Source of the DNA: Planctomycetota bacterium
GTDB lineage: Bacteria > Planctomycetota > UBA1135 > UBA2386
Reading direction: 5' to 3'
NCBI GenBank assembly: GCA_965223545.1
Contig: OZ245006.1
Location: forward strand, 640,001 to 704,000
DNA length: 64,000 bases
A model generated the notes under the pieces. It did not search any database, was not told where the DNA came from, and was given only the letters and a program-made list of their open reading frames with translations. A program made the position numbers and the translations under genes. Positions 31,166 to 41,800 of this stretch are shown here, one piece after another. Position 1 is the first letter of the stretch. The number at the start of each line of letters is the position of its first letter.

Positions 31166-33505
31166 ATGCGACGACACCTCCCGGCTGCTCTCACGCACGC
31201 CTTGGCGATCACTCTGGGCGGCGCACTCACCGCGCCGCTGGCCGCGCAGGAGGGCCTGGAAGGGCAGGTGGCGCGGCTGCTGCAGCGCGCCGACGCCGGG
31301 CAGCTGGAACGCGTGTGGGACGTGAGCGCCGAGATCGTCGAGCTCGACGGCCAGGAGGACGCCCTGGCGCGCGCCATCTCCAGCCGGGCCGACCAGGGCG
31401 GTGCCCTGGCGCGGCTGGCCGCGGCGCGCGCGCTCCTCGATCTGTCCAGCGGCTACGCCGACCACGTCCTACAAGCGCTGGATCCGCTGTGCAAAGCCGA
31501 CGACGGCGCCGTCCGCGGCGCGGCGATGGGGATGCTCGGCACTCAGGGTTTTTTCCGCGGCACCACGCTGCGGCGGGTAAGGGACATCCTCGAGGAGAAC
31601 ACGAGCTCCGAGCTCGCCGCCCCCCACGTCCGCGTCGAGGCGGCCAAGAGCCTGTGGCGCGTGGGCAGCGACGCCCAGCGCAGCACGGCGCGCAGCACGT
31701 TGCAGCAGTTCTTGACCTCCGCCGATCGAGAGCTGCGGGTCGAGGGCGCGCTGGCGCTGGCGGAGATCAACGTCGACTCGTCGCATCCCGCGTGGCAGGT
31801 GCTGCGCGAGATCCAGGACCAACCGACGGACGCCGGCCGGCTGGCGCGCAGCTATCTGCGGCTGGATTCCGAGCGCCGCCGGTTCGAGCACCTGCTGCGC
31901 CGCAGCCTGGACGCGCGCCGGCCCGGCGGTGACGACAGCCGCTACGGCAAGCTCGAGGAGATCATGGCGGAGATCCGCGGGCGACACACCCGCGGCGACT
32001 CGTTCGACGAGGAGTTCATGATCGACAACGCGGCCAAGGGCATGCTCCGCGCCCTCGACCGGCACTCCGCGTTCTTCACCTCGGAGGAGTACAAGGCGTT
32101 CTTCTTCGACCTCAACCGCGAGTACGGCGGCATCGGCGCGTTCGTCAACTTCGACCGCGACGACGTGTTCTCGATCGTGCGGCCGATCTACTCCGGCCCG
32201 GCCTACCGCGCCGGCCTGCGCTCGGGCGACAAGATCCTCGAGGTCGACGGCTGGGAGACCGCGGGTCAAACCTCGGAGGCGATCATCGCCAAGCTGAAGG
32301 GCAAGCCGAGCACGCCGGTCAAGGTGAAGATCTACCGGCCCGGCATGGAAGAGCCCGAGGACGTCGAGATCGTGCGCGAGCAGATCAACGTCCCATCGGT
32401 CAACTTCGAGCTGCTGCCGGGCAACATCGGCTACGTCGAGCTGATCACCTTCGGCGGCAACACCGCAGCCGAGCTGCGCGCCGTGCTGTCGGAGTTCGAG
32501 CGCGTCGGCGTCGCCGGCCTGGTGCTCGACGTGCGCAGCAACACCGGCGGCTACCTGCTGGCCGCCCGCGAAGTGGTCGAGCTGTTCGTCGAGGGACGCA
32601 AGCGCGTCGTCTACACCAAGTCGCGCGAGGGCATCGAAGAAGAGCACTTCACCCACGACCGCGCGGTGTCGCCCGGCATGCCGCTCGTCGTGCTGACCAA
32701 CGAGTACTCGGCCTCGGCATCGGAGATCGTCGCCGGCGCGCTGCAGGACTACGGGCGCGCCGCGGTCGTCGGCAAGCGCACCTACGGCAAGGGCAGCGTG
32801 CAGCAGCTGATTCCGCTGGACAGCGAGCCCGGCGAGCCGTTCGGCGACCAGAACCGCAACGGCGTGCGCGACGAGTGGGAGCCGTTCACCGACCAGAACG
32901 GCAACGGCGAGTACGACATCGGGCCGCGGATCAAGCTGACCGTGGCGCGCTACTACCTGCCGAGCGGCCGCACGCCCAACAAGGAGGTCGACGCGAACGG
33001 CGAGGTGTTGAACCCCGACTGGGGCGTCACGCCGGACCACGAGGTCGAGCTGTTCGAGTTCGATCCGGGCAAGGCCTGGATGGTCGAGGCGCTGCGCCCG
33101 CTGGTGAAGGACGGCGCCTTCAACCGCTACGTCGAGGAGCGCTTGGAGCAGCACAAGGATCTGTTCTTGGAGCTCGCCAACGGCGACGACGAGGACGCCT
33201 CGCGCTATCCGGACTTCGAGGAGTTCTACGCGAGCCTGGACACCAAGCTGCCGCGGGACGAAGTGCGCCGCTGGATCCGCTACCGCATCCGCGACGCCGT
33301 GTCGGACCTGCGCGGCAAGGCCTTCGCCGGTACCCGGCGGATGGGCGACTTCCAAGAGGACCCGCAGCTGCAGTTCGCGGTCCGCTCGCTCCTGGAGAAG
33401 CGCGGCGTCGACATCCGTGAGATCAAGGCCTACCAGAACGTGCTCAAGCTGGCCAAGGTCGACGAGAAGGCCGCCGCCGCGAAGAACGAGAAGGAAGGCG
33501 GCTGA
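31166..33505 (+). CDS. S41 family carboxy-terminal protease with N-terminal HEAT repeats and PDZ domain
   Basis: RBS GGAG, signal peptide, YGGIG PDZ, LDVRSNTGG, SASASEIVAG (Ser), TYGKGSVQ (Lys). Confidence 0.93.
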   Translation: MRRHLPAALTHALAITLGGALTAPLAAQEGLEGQVARLLQRADAGQLERVWDVSAEIVELDGQEDALARAISSRADQGGALARLAAARALLDLSSGYADHVLQALDPLCKADDGAVRGAAMGMLGTQGFFRGTTLRRVRDILEENTSSELAAPHVRVEAAKSLWRVGSDAQRSTARSTLQQFLTSADRELRVEGALALAEINVDSSHPAWQVLREIQDQPTDAGRLARSYLRLDSERRRFEHLLRRSLDARRPGGDDSRYGKLEEIMAEIRGRHTRGDSFDEEFMIDNAAKGMLRALDRHSAFFTSEEYKAFFFDLNREYGGIGAFVNFDRDDVFSIVRPIYSGPAYRAGLRSGDKILEVDGWETAGQTSEAIIAKLKGKPSTPVKVKIYRPGMEEPEDVEIVREQINVPSVNFELLPGNIGYVELITFGGNTAAELRAVLSEFERVGVAGLVLDVRSNTGGYLLAAREVVELFVEGRKRVVYTKSREGIEEEHFTHDRAVSPGMPLVVLTNEYSASASEIVAGALQDYGRAAVVGKRTYGKGSVQQLIPLDSEPGEPFGDQNRNGVRDEWEPFTDQNGNGEYDIGPRIKLTVARYYLPSGRTPNKEVDANGEVLNPDWGVTPDHEVELFEFDPGKAWMVEALRPLVKDGAFNRYVEERLEQHKDLFLELANGDDEDASRYPDFEEFYASLDTKLPRDEVRRWIRYRIRDAVSDLRGKAFAGTRRMGDFQEDPQLQFAVRSLLEKRGVDIREIKAYQNVLKLAKVDEKAAAAKNEKEGG

Positions 33506-33642
33506 CGCAGCGCGGGGGCCGGTCGCCCCCCCGTGCGGAGCCCGGCGCGCCCCGGGCAAAGGCAATGCGTCCCGCGCGTGGCGGCATCCCCGTCTCGATG
33601 AGAGGCGCGCCCAGCGCCACGCGCAGGCTAAGATCCCGCGCG

Positions 33643-35229
33643 ATGACTGCAGCGGCCAAGTCCATGGACGACCTCGTCGCGCTGTGCAAGCGGCGCGGCT
33701 TCATCTTTCCCGCCAGTGAGATCTACGGCGGGATCAATGGGTTTTGGGACTACGGCCCGATGGGCGTGGAGCTCAAGAACCGGCTGCGCGACGCGTGGTG
33801 GCACGACATGGTCCGGTGTCCGCCGCTCGGTCCCGACGGGCAGCCGCTGCAGCTGGTCGGCATCGACTCCTCGATCATCCAGAACCCGGCCGTCTGGCGC
33901 GCGTCGGGCCACGTCGGCGGCTTCAACGACCCGATGCAGACCTGCCGGGTCTGCAAGAAGCTGTTCCGCGCCGATCACGTCGACGAGATGCTGGCAGAGG
34001 CGGCGTGGCCGGCGGCGCTGGCCGCCGCGGCGGGCACCGCGATCGACGCCGAGGTCGCCGACGTCGACCCGGCGGGCCTGGTGACCTGGGCCAAGCGCAA
34101 GGGCAAGAAGCAGGCGCCGGGGCTCGCCCTGGTCCGCGATGCCGACGGCGTGGGCAAAGCGTTGCCGGCGCGCGCGAGCTTTGCGGCGCTGTGCACGGCG
34201 GCGGCGACGCCGGCCGGCTCCGAGCCCGCGGTGCCGTGCCCCGCCTGCGGCGGCGACCTGACCCCACCGCGGCAGTTCAATCTGATGTTCGAGACCTTTG
34301 TCGGCGCCGTGCGCGACGACAGTGCGGTGGCCTACCTGCGGCCGGAGACCGCGCAGGGCATCTTCCTCAACTACAAGAACGTGCTCGACACGATGCGCGT
34401 GCGGGTGCCGTTCGGCATCGCGCAGATCGGCAAGGCGTTCCGCAACGAGGTCACGCCGCGCAACTTCATCTTCCGCAGTCGCGAGTTCGAGCAGATGGAG
34501 CTGGAGTGGTTCTGCCACCCCGACGACGCGAAGACCTGGTACGAGTTCTGGTGCGCGCAGCGCAAGGAGTGGTGGCAGCGCATGGGGCTGTCGAGCGACA
34601 ACCTGTTGCTGCGCTCACACGATCGCGACGAGCTCGCGCACTACGCCAAGGAAGGCTGCGGCACCTTCGACATCGAGTACCGGTTTCCGTTCACCGCGCC
34701 GGGCTACGGCGAGCTCGAAGGGGTCGCCCACCGCACCGACTTCGATCTGGCACGGCACCAAGAGCACAGCGGCACCAAGCTCGAGTACTTCGACCAAGAG
34801 CGCAACGAGCGCTACATGCCGCACGTGATCGAACCCGCCGCCGGCCTCAGCCGCGGTGTTCTCGCGCTCTTGTGCGAGGCGTTCACCCCCGACCCCGAGC
34901 GGCCGAGCAAGGTGTTCATGCGCTTTCTGCCCAAGCTGGCGCCGGTCCAGGTCGGTGTCTTCCCGCTGGTCAACAAGGACGGCATGCCCGAGATCGGTGG
35001 CGAGCTGTACGCGCAGCTGCGCGACCGCTACCGGTGCCAGCTCGACGTCAAGCAGAGCATCGGCAAACGCTACGCGCGGATGGACGAGGTCGGCGCGCCC
35101 TTCTGCCTGACGATCGACGGCGAGACGCTCGACCAGCAGACCATCACCGTCCGCCACCGCGACACGACGGCGCAGGAGCGCATCCACCTCGATGCGGTCG
35201 AGGGGTTCCTGGCCGAGCACCTCGGCTGA
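33643..35229 (+). CDS. glyQS: Glycine--tRNA ligase (alpha2 type)
   Basis: LCKRRGF, YLRPETAQG, FRNEVTPRNFIFRSREFEQME, PHVIEP, SIGKRYARMDE. Confidence 0.97.
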   Translation: MTAAAKSMDDLVALCKRRGFIFPASEIYGGINGFWDYGPMGVELKNRLRDAWWHDMVRCPPLGPDGQPLQLVGIDSSIIQNPAVWRASGHVGGFNDPMQTCRVCKKLFRADHVDEMLAEAAWPAALAAAAGTAIDAEVADVDPAGLVTWAKRKGKKQAPGLALVRDADGVGKALPARASFAALCTAAATPAGSEPAVPCPACGGDLTPPRQFNLMFETFVGAVRDDSAVAYLRPETAQGIFLNYKNVLDTMRVRVPFGIAQIGKAFRNEVTPRNFIFRSREFEQMELEWFCHPDDAKTWYEFWCAQRKEWWQRMGLSSDNLLLRSHDRDELAHYAKEGCGTFDIEYRFPFTAPGYGELEGVAHRTDFDLARHQEHSGTKLEYFDQERNERYMPHVIEPAAGLSRGVLALLCEAFTPDPERPSKVFMRFLPKLAPVQVGVFPLVNKDGMPEIGGELYAQLRDRYRCQLDVKQSIGKRYARMDEVGAPFCLTIDGETLDQQTITVRHRDTTAQERIHLDAVEGFLAEHLG

Positions 35230-35288
35230 GTCGCCGGCTGCGCCGCGCGCGCGAAAGCCGACCCTGTGTCTTCACGCGTTGGGCGCTC

Positions 35289-35711
35289 TCACACGTTGGC
35301 GCTGATCGCGTTCAGGCGCTCGCGGAACTTCTGCTGGAACACCGAGTCGAAGTCGAAGCCGCCGACGAAGTCGAGGCGAGAGTCCTCGGGACGGCGGCTC
35401 AACAGGCCGGCGTCGATCAGGTTGAACACGATCTCGCCGAAGTCCTCGGTGCCGTGCACGCCCCACTGCTGAAACACGAAGGACGCCATCGCGCCGAACT
35501 GCTCGGCGGCTAGATCGCGCACGCCCTCGAGCAGCTCGCGGGCACCGACGTGCCGGTCCTCGCCGGTCAGCTGGTCCTTGCCGTAGTGGACCAGGGTGTA
35601 GTCGAGGGCATCGAGGGTGAAGTAGTAGGCATTGCGCGCAAACCGCCGATCACGCCGACGGACCTCGCTGATCCGCTCGTCGGGACCATCGCCTTCGGGA
35701 CACCAGCTCAT
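35289..35711 (-). CDS. Minf_1886-family protein (Planctomycetes/Verrucomicrobia-restricted)
   Basis: AYYFTLDALDYT, RHVGARELLEG, FQQWGVHGTEDFGEIVFNLI, DSRLDF; RBS GGAG upstream. Confidence 0.9.
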   Translation of the reverse strand: MSWCPEGDGPDERISEVRRRDRRFARNAYYFTLDALDYTLVHYGKDQLTGEDRHVGARELLEGVRDLAAEQFGAMASFVFQQWGVHGTEDFGEIVFNLIDAGLLSRRPEDSRLDFVGGFDFDSVFQQKFRERLNAISANV

Positions 35712-35799
35712 CGTGTCGGCTCCTGCGTGGATCCGGTTCGTTCACTCGCCGAGACCGGCGGCACCGCCGGGCCCCACGCCCCGCGGCCAACGCCGTCTG

Positions 35800-35827
35800 T
35801 ATCGGCCATTCGCGAACCGCCCTTGAG
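35800..35827 (-). promoter_or_regulatory. Sigma28-like promoter CTCAAG-N15-GCCGATA
   Basis: About 90 nt upstream of the Minf_1886-family gene; matches the motif at 2847-2874. Confidence 0.55.
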
Positions 35828-35957
35828 CCGGCGGGAACCGCGCCACGCGCGCCCCCCCGGTCCGTCCACAACACCGCTCCCCCCTCGCCGTTCCACCGGA
35901 AGAACGCCGAGGACAGTGCTGCAGCACCCCCACACCAAGGCCTTCTCTCGCCGCGGC

Positions 35958-36995
35958 TCAGCTCGACGCGCGCACCGCCGTCGCTTCGGTGATGCGCAGC
36001 AACGCCGCGCAGATCACTTGCTCGGGTCGGATGCGCAGCTGCAGGTCGGCCTCGGCCTCCTGCAGAATCTCGAGCACACAAGTCCATGGCGAGAGCACTG
36101 CACCGTAGGCCTCGCCGCCGGCCTGCGCAAGAGAACCAGCGATGACATCGCGCACCCAGGACGCCGCCGCGCCGAGGACGTAGCGCGCGCGCTGCTCGGT
36201 GGCGGCGGTGCCCGAAACGCCGTCCAACACGAGCCGGGCGAGGGACACCTCCGACACCTGGGTGCCCCCCTGCAGGAAGGCCACAACCTGTTGGTGCACG
36301 GCGGGAATCCCGGCCTCCAGCAGCGCCGCGGCGTAGCCCAGCGACCCGCGGCCAAGGGCGACCGCGACGGCGCGATCCTCGTCACTGCCGAGGCCCCGAT
36401 CGGCCAGCATCGAGGCCAGCGCCTCGGCGGCCAGCCCCCGAATCCGCAGGGTCGCGACCCGCGAGCGCACGGTGTCCAGCAGCTGCTGCGGCCGCGCCGT
36501 CGGCAACAGCAGATGGACCCGGTCACCCGGCTCCTCCAAGGTCTTGAGCAGCGCGTTCTGCCCCTGCTCGGTCAACCGATCCACCGGATCGATGATCGCC
36601 ACCCGCGCGGCGCCGCTGTAGGCCTGCCGCCCTAACGTCTCCTGCAGCGCACGCACTTGGTCGATCGAGATGTCCTGCTTGCCCTCGGCGACCGTCAGCC
36701 AGTGCAAGTCCGGATGCTGATCGCCGTGCACATGCCGGCACGCCGCGCACTGGCCGCACGGCACCGAGCCCGGCTCCGAGCCACCGCCGAACAGCTGGCC
36801 CGCCGCGACCGGCGGACCGGTGCAGAGCAGCGCCGCCGCGACGTGGCGCGCCGCCGTGGTCTTGCCGACGCCGCGGCCACCGGTCACCAGCAGACCGTGG
36901 TGCAGGCGGCCGCCGGCCGCCGCGCGCAACACGCGGTCGTACTCGTCGCCCTGGCCGAGCAAGCCGAACTCCAGCGGCCCCGACCCAGAGCTCAC
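35958..36995 (-). CDS. holB: DNA polymerase III subunit delta'
   Basis: GGRGVGKT, CGQCAAC, HPDLHWL, ISIDQVR, NALLKTLEEP, TVRSR; follows tmk. Confidence 0.93.
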   Translation of the reverse strand: MSSGSGPLEFGLLGQGDEYDRVLRAAAGGRLHHGLLVTGGRGVGKTTAARHVAAALLCTGPPVAAGQLFGGGSEPGSVPCGQCAACRHVHGDQHPDLHWLTVAEGKQDISIDQVRALQETLGRQAYSGAARVAIIDPVDRLTEQGQNALLKTLEEPGDRVHLLLPTARPQQLLDTVRSRVATLRIRGLAAEALASMLADRGLGSDEDRAVAVALGRGSLGYAAALLEAGIPAVHQQVVAFLQGGTQVSEVSLARLVLDGVSGTAATEQRARYVLGAAASWVRDVIAGSLAQAGGEAYGAVLSPWTCVLEILQEAEADLQLRIRPEQVICAALLRITEATAVRASS

Positions 36996-37618
36996 GCGGC
37001 GCCTCCCGCCCACGCGGTGAGGCGTTCTCGCAGCATTGCGTGCACGCCGTCGGCGTCCCCGGAGGCGTCCAGCAATTCGACCTCTGCTTCGCTCGCCGCC
37101 AGCGCCGCGTAGCCGGCGCGGACCCGTTCGTGATAGGCCTCGCCGCGCGCCTCGATCCGGTCCTCGCCGCCACCGCCGCGACGGGCCCGGCGCACGGTCC
37201 ACGGCACATCCAGGACGAACACTCTCGCGGGCCGGGTCTCGCCCACCGCCGCGTCCGTCATCCGCCGCAAGTGCTCGAGCTCGACCGGGTGCTCGTGGGC
37301 ACTGCCCTGATAGACCCAGGTGGACAGATAGCAGCGCTCGCAGACCACCACTTCGCCGGCGCACAGCGCCGGCCGCACTTCGCGCTCGATCATCTCGGCG
37401 CGCGCCGCGCTGAACAGTAGCGCCTCGGCCGCCGCGGTCAGCTCGCCGGTCTCGGGCGCCAACAGCACGCGGCGCAAGCCCTCGCCGAGACCGGTCGACC
37501 CCGGCTCGCGCAGGTGGCGCACGCGGTGGCCGCGCTCCCCCAACCACGCGCACATGCGCCGCGCCTGGGTCGTCTTGCCGCCACCGTCTGGCCCTTCGAG
37601 CACGAAGTAAGCGGTCAC
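36992..37618 (-). CDS. tmk: Thymidylate kinase
   Basis: LEGPDGGGKTTQ, REPGST, LLFSAARA, CERCYLSTWVYQG, DRIE. Confidence 0.95.
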   Translation of the reverse strand: MTAYFVLEGPDGGGKTTQARRMCAWLGERGHRVRHLREPGSTGLGEGLRRVLLAPETGELTAAAEALLFSAARAEMIEREVRPALCAGEVVVCERCYLSTWVYQGSAHEHPVELEHLRRMTDAAVGETRPARVFVLDVPWTVRRARRGGGGEDRIEARGEAYHERVRAGYAALAASEAEVELLDASGDADGVHAMLRERLTAWAGGAA

Positions 37619-38817
37619 AACAGCTCCTCGACGCGGGCGCGCACCTTGTCGTCGGTCGCCATGCGCTCGGCCAAGCGCTTGGTCATGTAGCTGATCGAGG
37701 CACGCGAGCGCCCGCCCATCGAGCGGCCGATCTCGGCGCGGCTCAAACCCTCGAGCACACACAGGTGCGCCAACACCTGCCGTGCGAAGCTCACGCGGCG
37801 CTCCTGGGTCTTGCCCAACAGCTGCTCGCGCTCGACGGCCAAGCGCTCGCAGACCCGCGCACAGAGCCGCCGAAACGTCTGGCCTGGATCGATCAGCCGC
37901 AGATAGTGCGGCCGCAAGGCGTGCGCCTGGCGCTCGATGAACCACGCCCGGCGCAAGTCGTCGTAGCCGCCGCGCACCCGGCGCGCCAAGGACTCGATGC
38001 TGTCGGCGCGGCCGTTGCGAGACGGGGCGCCCTCGAGCGCGCGCAGGTAGGTCAGCCGCGCCTGAGGTCCGGGCGCGTCGATGCGGGTCACGAGCCCCGA
38101 CACCAGCACGCCCTGCAAGCTCTCGTCACAGCGCCAGATCTCGTGCGGATGCCAGCGCGACGCCACCAAGACCATCGCTCCCCGCTGCGCGCGCGCTTCC
38201 AGCGCGATGCGCAGCTCTCGCTGCACCCGCGCGTGGCCGGTCACCCGGTGCAGCTCGTCCAAGACCAGGCACGGCGCGCGGACCAGCTCCTCGCGCAGCC
38301 CCTCGACGCGCCCGTCGCGCAGGCAGGCGCCGAACACGCGCAGCAGCCCGGGCCCGTCGAACCACTTGCAGGGCTCGCCCGAGTGCTGTGCCCACCACCG
38401 CAGCAGGAAGGTCTTGCCCGCCCCGGGCGGCCCGTAGAAGACGAACATCGACGACGGCATGGCGCGCTGCTCGAGGAGCGCGCTCAATACCAAGAACCCG
38501 GTGCGGTTGCTGGCGTCGACGACCGGTCGCGTCGGTCCGACCTCGACGCCGTCCGGCACCAGGGCATCCGGGGCCGGCACCACACTGACCGACACCCGCG
38601 TGCCGACCTCCTCGGACAACACGTCTTCGAGCAGCGACTGGTAGAGCCGCTCGACGCGCTCGCACACCAGCCGGCTGCGCGCCTCGAGGTAGCAGACGCC
38701 GCGCTCGAGTGCCAGCGGTCGCAAGGCGGCCAGCCACGCGTCGTACGCCGCATCGCCAGCGCGGCGGCGCAGGGCGTCTTGGCTGCGCGACCAGGTCTCT
38801 CGGAGCAACTCGAGCAT
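37615..38817 (-). CDS. Divergent DnaA-like protein (DnaA_N, AAA+, domain IV HTH)
   Basis: AYDAWL N-domain, GPPGAGKT, LVLDELH, ARQVLAHL...LSRAEIGRSMGGRS. Confidence 0.85.
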   Translation of the reverse strand: MLELLRETWSRSQDALRRRAGDAAYDAWLAALRPLALERGVCYLEARSRLVCERVERLYQSLLEDVLSEEVGTRVSVSVVPAPDALVPDGVEVGPTRPVVDASNRTGFLVLSALLEQRAMPSSMFVFYGPPGAGKTFLLRWWAQHSGEPCKWFDGPGLLRVFGACLRDGRVEGLREELVRAPCLVLDELHRVTGHARVQRELRIALEARAQRGAMVLVASRWHPHEIWRCDESLQGVLVSGLVTRIDAPGPQARLTYLRALEGAPSRNGRADSIESLARRVRGGYDDLRRAWFIERQAHALRPHYLRLIDPGQTFRRLCARVCERLAVEREQLLGKTQERRVSFARQVLAHLCVLEGLSRAEIGRSMGGRSRASISYMTKRLAERMATDDKVRARVEELL

Positions 38818-38885
38818 GGCGAAGCGTCCCGTAGACGAGCGCACCGGAGCTCGCCTGTCAAAGGCTTCTCCGAGCGCCGCTGACC

Positions 38886-41800
38886 TCAGCGGTTCCAGCT
38901 GCGCAGCAGGCGCGCGGCGCTGTCCGCCGCCTCGCCGTCGGCCGATTCGCCGAGCGCGCGCTGCAGCCAAGCCAGCGCCGCGTCGACTTCGCCGATGCGG
39001 TGTGCCGCGCGCGCCGCCGACACGCAGATGCGCGCGCGCGCCTCGCGCTCGACCGCCGCCGCTGGATCGGGGACCTCGGCCGGAGGCTTGCCGACGTGCG
39101 CGCGGTCCAGGTGTGGCCGCACCGCGAGCGCCATCTCGAATTCGCCCAGCGCTTCGCGCGGCTGCTCGGCCGCCAACAGCGCTTCTCCCAAGAGCACGTG
39201 CAGCTCGCGCATGAACGGGTCGATCGCCACCGCTTCGCGCAACAGCCGGATCTCCTCCTGGCGATTGCCGTTCTTGCGCTCCATGGCGGCGAGCTCCAGC
39301 CGCGGCGCGAACGCGCGCCCCGTGCGCCTTACGAAGCTCTTCAGCTCCATCATCGCCTCCTCGTCGCGATCCAGCGCACGCAACACTCTGGCCAACAGCA
39401 GGTTCGGCGCGACTTGCTGGTCGGTGCAGCGCGGCCAGCAGGCCTTGGCCCGCTGGTACTGGTCGAGCGCACCCTCCAGATCGCCGCTGCGCTCCAACAG
39501 CCGGCCGTAGCCCACCCGCGCATCGAAGTCGTCCGCGCCCTGCGCAAAGCCGGCCACGTAGCGCGCGGCCGCCTCGTCGAAGGCGCGGCGGCGCTCGAGC
39601 AACGCCGCGTGCAAGAGCAGGGCATCGCCGTCCTCCGGGTCGGCGCGCAGCGCCTCGCGCAGGGCGGCGGCGGCGTCGATCAGCTGACCGCGCTGCAGGT
39701 AGCCGTGTCCCAGTGCCACCTGCACCGCGACGTCGTCCGGCGCGCGCAGCGCGCGCTCGCGCAGGTGGTCCATGCTGGCCGCGCTGTAGCGCGGCACCAG
39801 GTCGAGTCCGCGCAGCTGCGTGGTCTCGACCCACGCCCGGAACGCGCGATCGAACTCCTCGGGCTGCAGGCCGAAGATGCCGTCGAACAGCTCTTCGGTC
39901 GAGCGGTCCTCGCCGTAGCCGCGCAGCATCTCCAGCACCGCGTCGAAGCCGTGGTGCTCCGCCAGATACTCGACGATCAAGCCACCCTGGTAGTAGCCGA
40001 ACAGGATGCGCGGCCCGCGGAACAGCCGATTGAGGTGCCGCAGCGGTGCGATCTCGTTGTTGTGGAAGGCATCGAACAGCTCGCGCGTCATGCCGCGCTC
40101 CCAGCTCGGGTCCTTCTGCCGTTCTTCGTAGACCGAGCAGCCCTCGGTCAACCAGCGCGGCACCCGGTGCTTGGACAGCGCCAGGGTCAAGACGTGCGCG
40201 TACTCGTGCCACGCGGTCGCCGTCCACATGAAGTCCTGGCGGCGTAGCTGGTCGTCGACCGGCGACACCAGCGTCATGAATCGCCCGAAGCAGGCGCCGA
40301 GCGCGTGGAAGCCGCGGAAGCCGATGGTGCGCACCGAGAAGTCGTTCCACGTGTGGTACACCTCGGCGGTGACCACCTGATCTTCGACGTGCCCGTACTT
40401 GGCGCCGAGCTCGCGCCGCGCCTCGGCCAACACCGGTACGAGGTAGCGCTCGAGCACCTCGACGTCGTCGTAGTGCAACACCAACCTGAGGCCGTCGGCC
40501 TCGACGGTCCGGTACTGCTCCTGCAGCAGCTCTTGCACGGCGATGGCGTTGTCGCGCCACGGGTCGACGAAACCCTTCTGCAGCTGAGCGGCGCGGCGCA
40601 AGTGCGTCAGGGCCTCGTCGCCCCGAGCACAATAGACCAGCGCTTTGGCCAAGCCGTGCAGCGCCGACACGGACTCGGGCTCCTCGCTCAGCGCTCGTTC
40701 GTAGTACGGCACTGCATCTTCGAACCGATACAGCGCCACCAAGTGGTCCCCCAGGTGCCGGTAGGTGTCGGCGTAGCCGGCATCGATGGCGAGAAGCCGC
40801 TCGCGCAGCGCCGCCTCGTCACCGGGCTCGTTGAGCAGGTGTGCTGTGGCGGCACGGTGGCTCAACACCTCTCGGTGGTTGGGATTGACCGCCAACGCCG
40901 CATCGAAGATCTCGGCGGCGAGGGTGAAGTTGCGGTCGCGCAGCGCGAGGATGCCGCGCTCCATCAGCGCCGGCACGCTCTTCGGGTTGAGGCTGAGCGC
41001 GCGCGACAGATAGTCCTCGGTCTTCGCCGGATCGAGCTGGAAGTTGGCTCGGCGCAGGCGGTAGAGCGCGACCAGCGCCTCCTCGACCTCACCGTGCTCG
41101 CGCAGCACCGTGGTCAGCGCCTTCTCTCCGCTGGGCAAGCCGGCGGCTTCGCCGTAGGCGAGGAAATGAGCCCAGCCGAAAGCGATCCGCGCATCCGGCC
41201 GGTCGGGATCGGCTTCGATCGCGCGGACGAACAAGCGGCTGGCGGCGACCAACGACTCGGCGTCCGGGCGCCGCATCAGCGCGCGGCCGGCGCAGGTCAA
41301 CACTACCGCGTCGTCGCTGCGCCGCGCATCATCGACCACGCGCTGCCACTGCTCGGCAGCGCCGGCTCGATCGCCGCTCTGCTCGAGGGTGCGCGCCAGC
41401 CAGTGCCGCACCTCGACGTCCTCGCCGCGCTGCTCGAGCAGCGCACCCCACTCGGCGGCGGCCTCGTCATAGCGCCCCACGGTGTGCAGCACGCGGCCAC
41501 GCAGCAGGCGCCAGCCGCGCAGGGCCTGCGCCTCCGCCGGCATCTCGGCGAGCCCCTCCAGCACCGCTTCGTACTCACCACGGATGCGCTGCAGGTCGAG
41601 CAAACCGAGCTGTGCGCGCCACAGCACGGCCTGCGGCGCGGGCTCCTCGGCGTCCTCCTCGTCGGGGTAGACGATCGCCTCGAAGCCGGCCACCGCCTCG
41701 CCGAGACGGCCGCGCAGCGCGCTGCGCTCGGCGGCGCGCAGCTGATCGGTCCAGTACGGGTCGTCGCCGCCCCCCTCGACCTGCGCGGCCAGCGGCGTCG

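Noticed and set aside
33506..33642. Hairpins upstream of glyQS as a T-box or glycine riboswitch
   Set aside because: Too short, no T-box consensus, and a -10-like hexamer lies downstream of the stems.
35712..35957. Possible ncRNA in the holB-Minf_1886 gap
   Set aside because: GC-rich stems only; no recognizable tRNA, SRP, 6S or riboswitch consensus.
37615..40632. 1005-aa DnaA-like ORF
   Set aside because: The N-terminal 600 aa are an alternate frame of the TPR-peptidase gene; the real start is ATG 38817.
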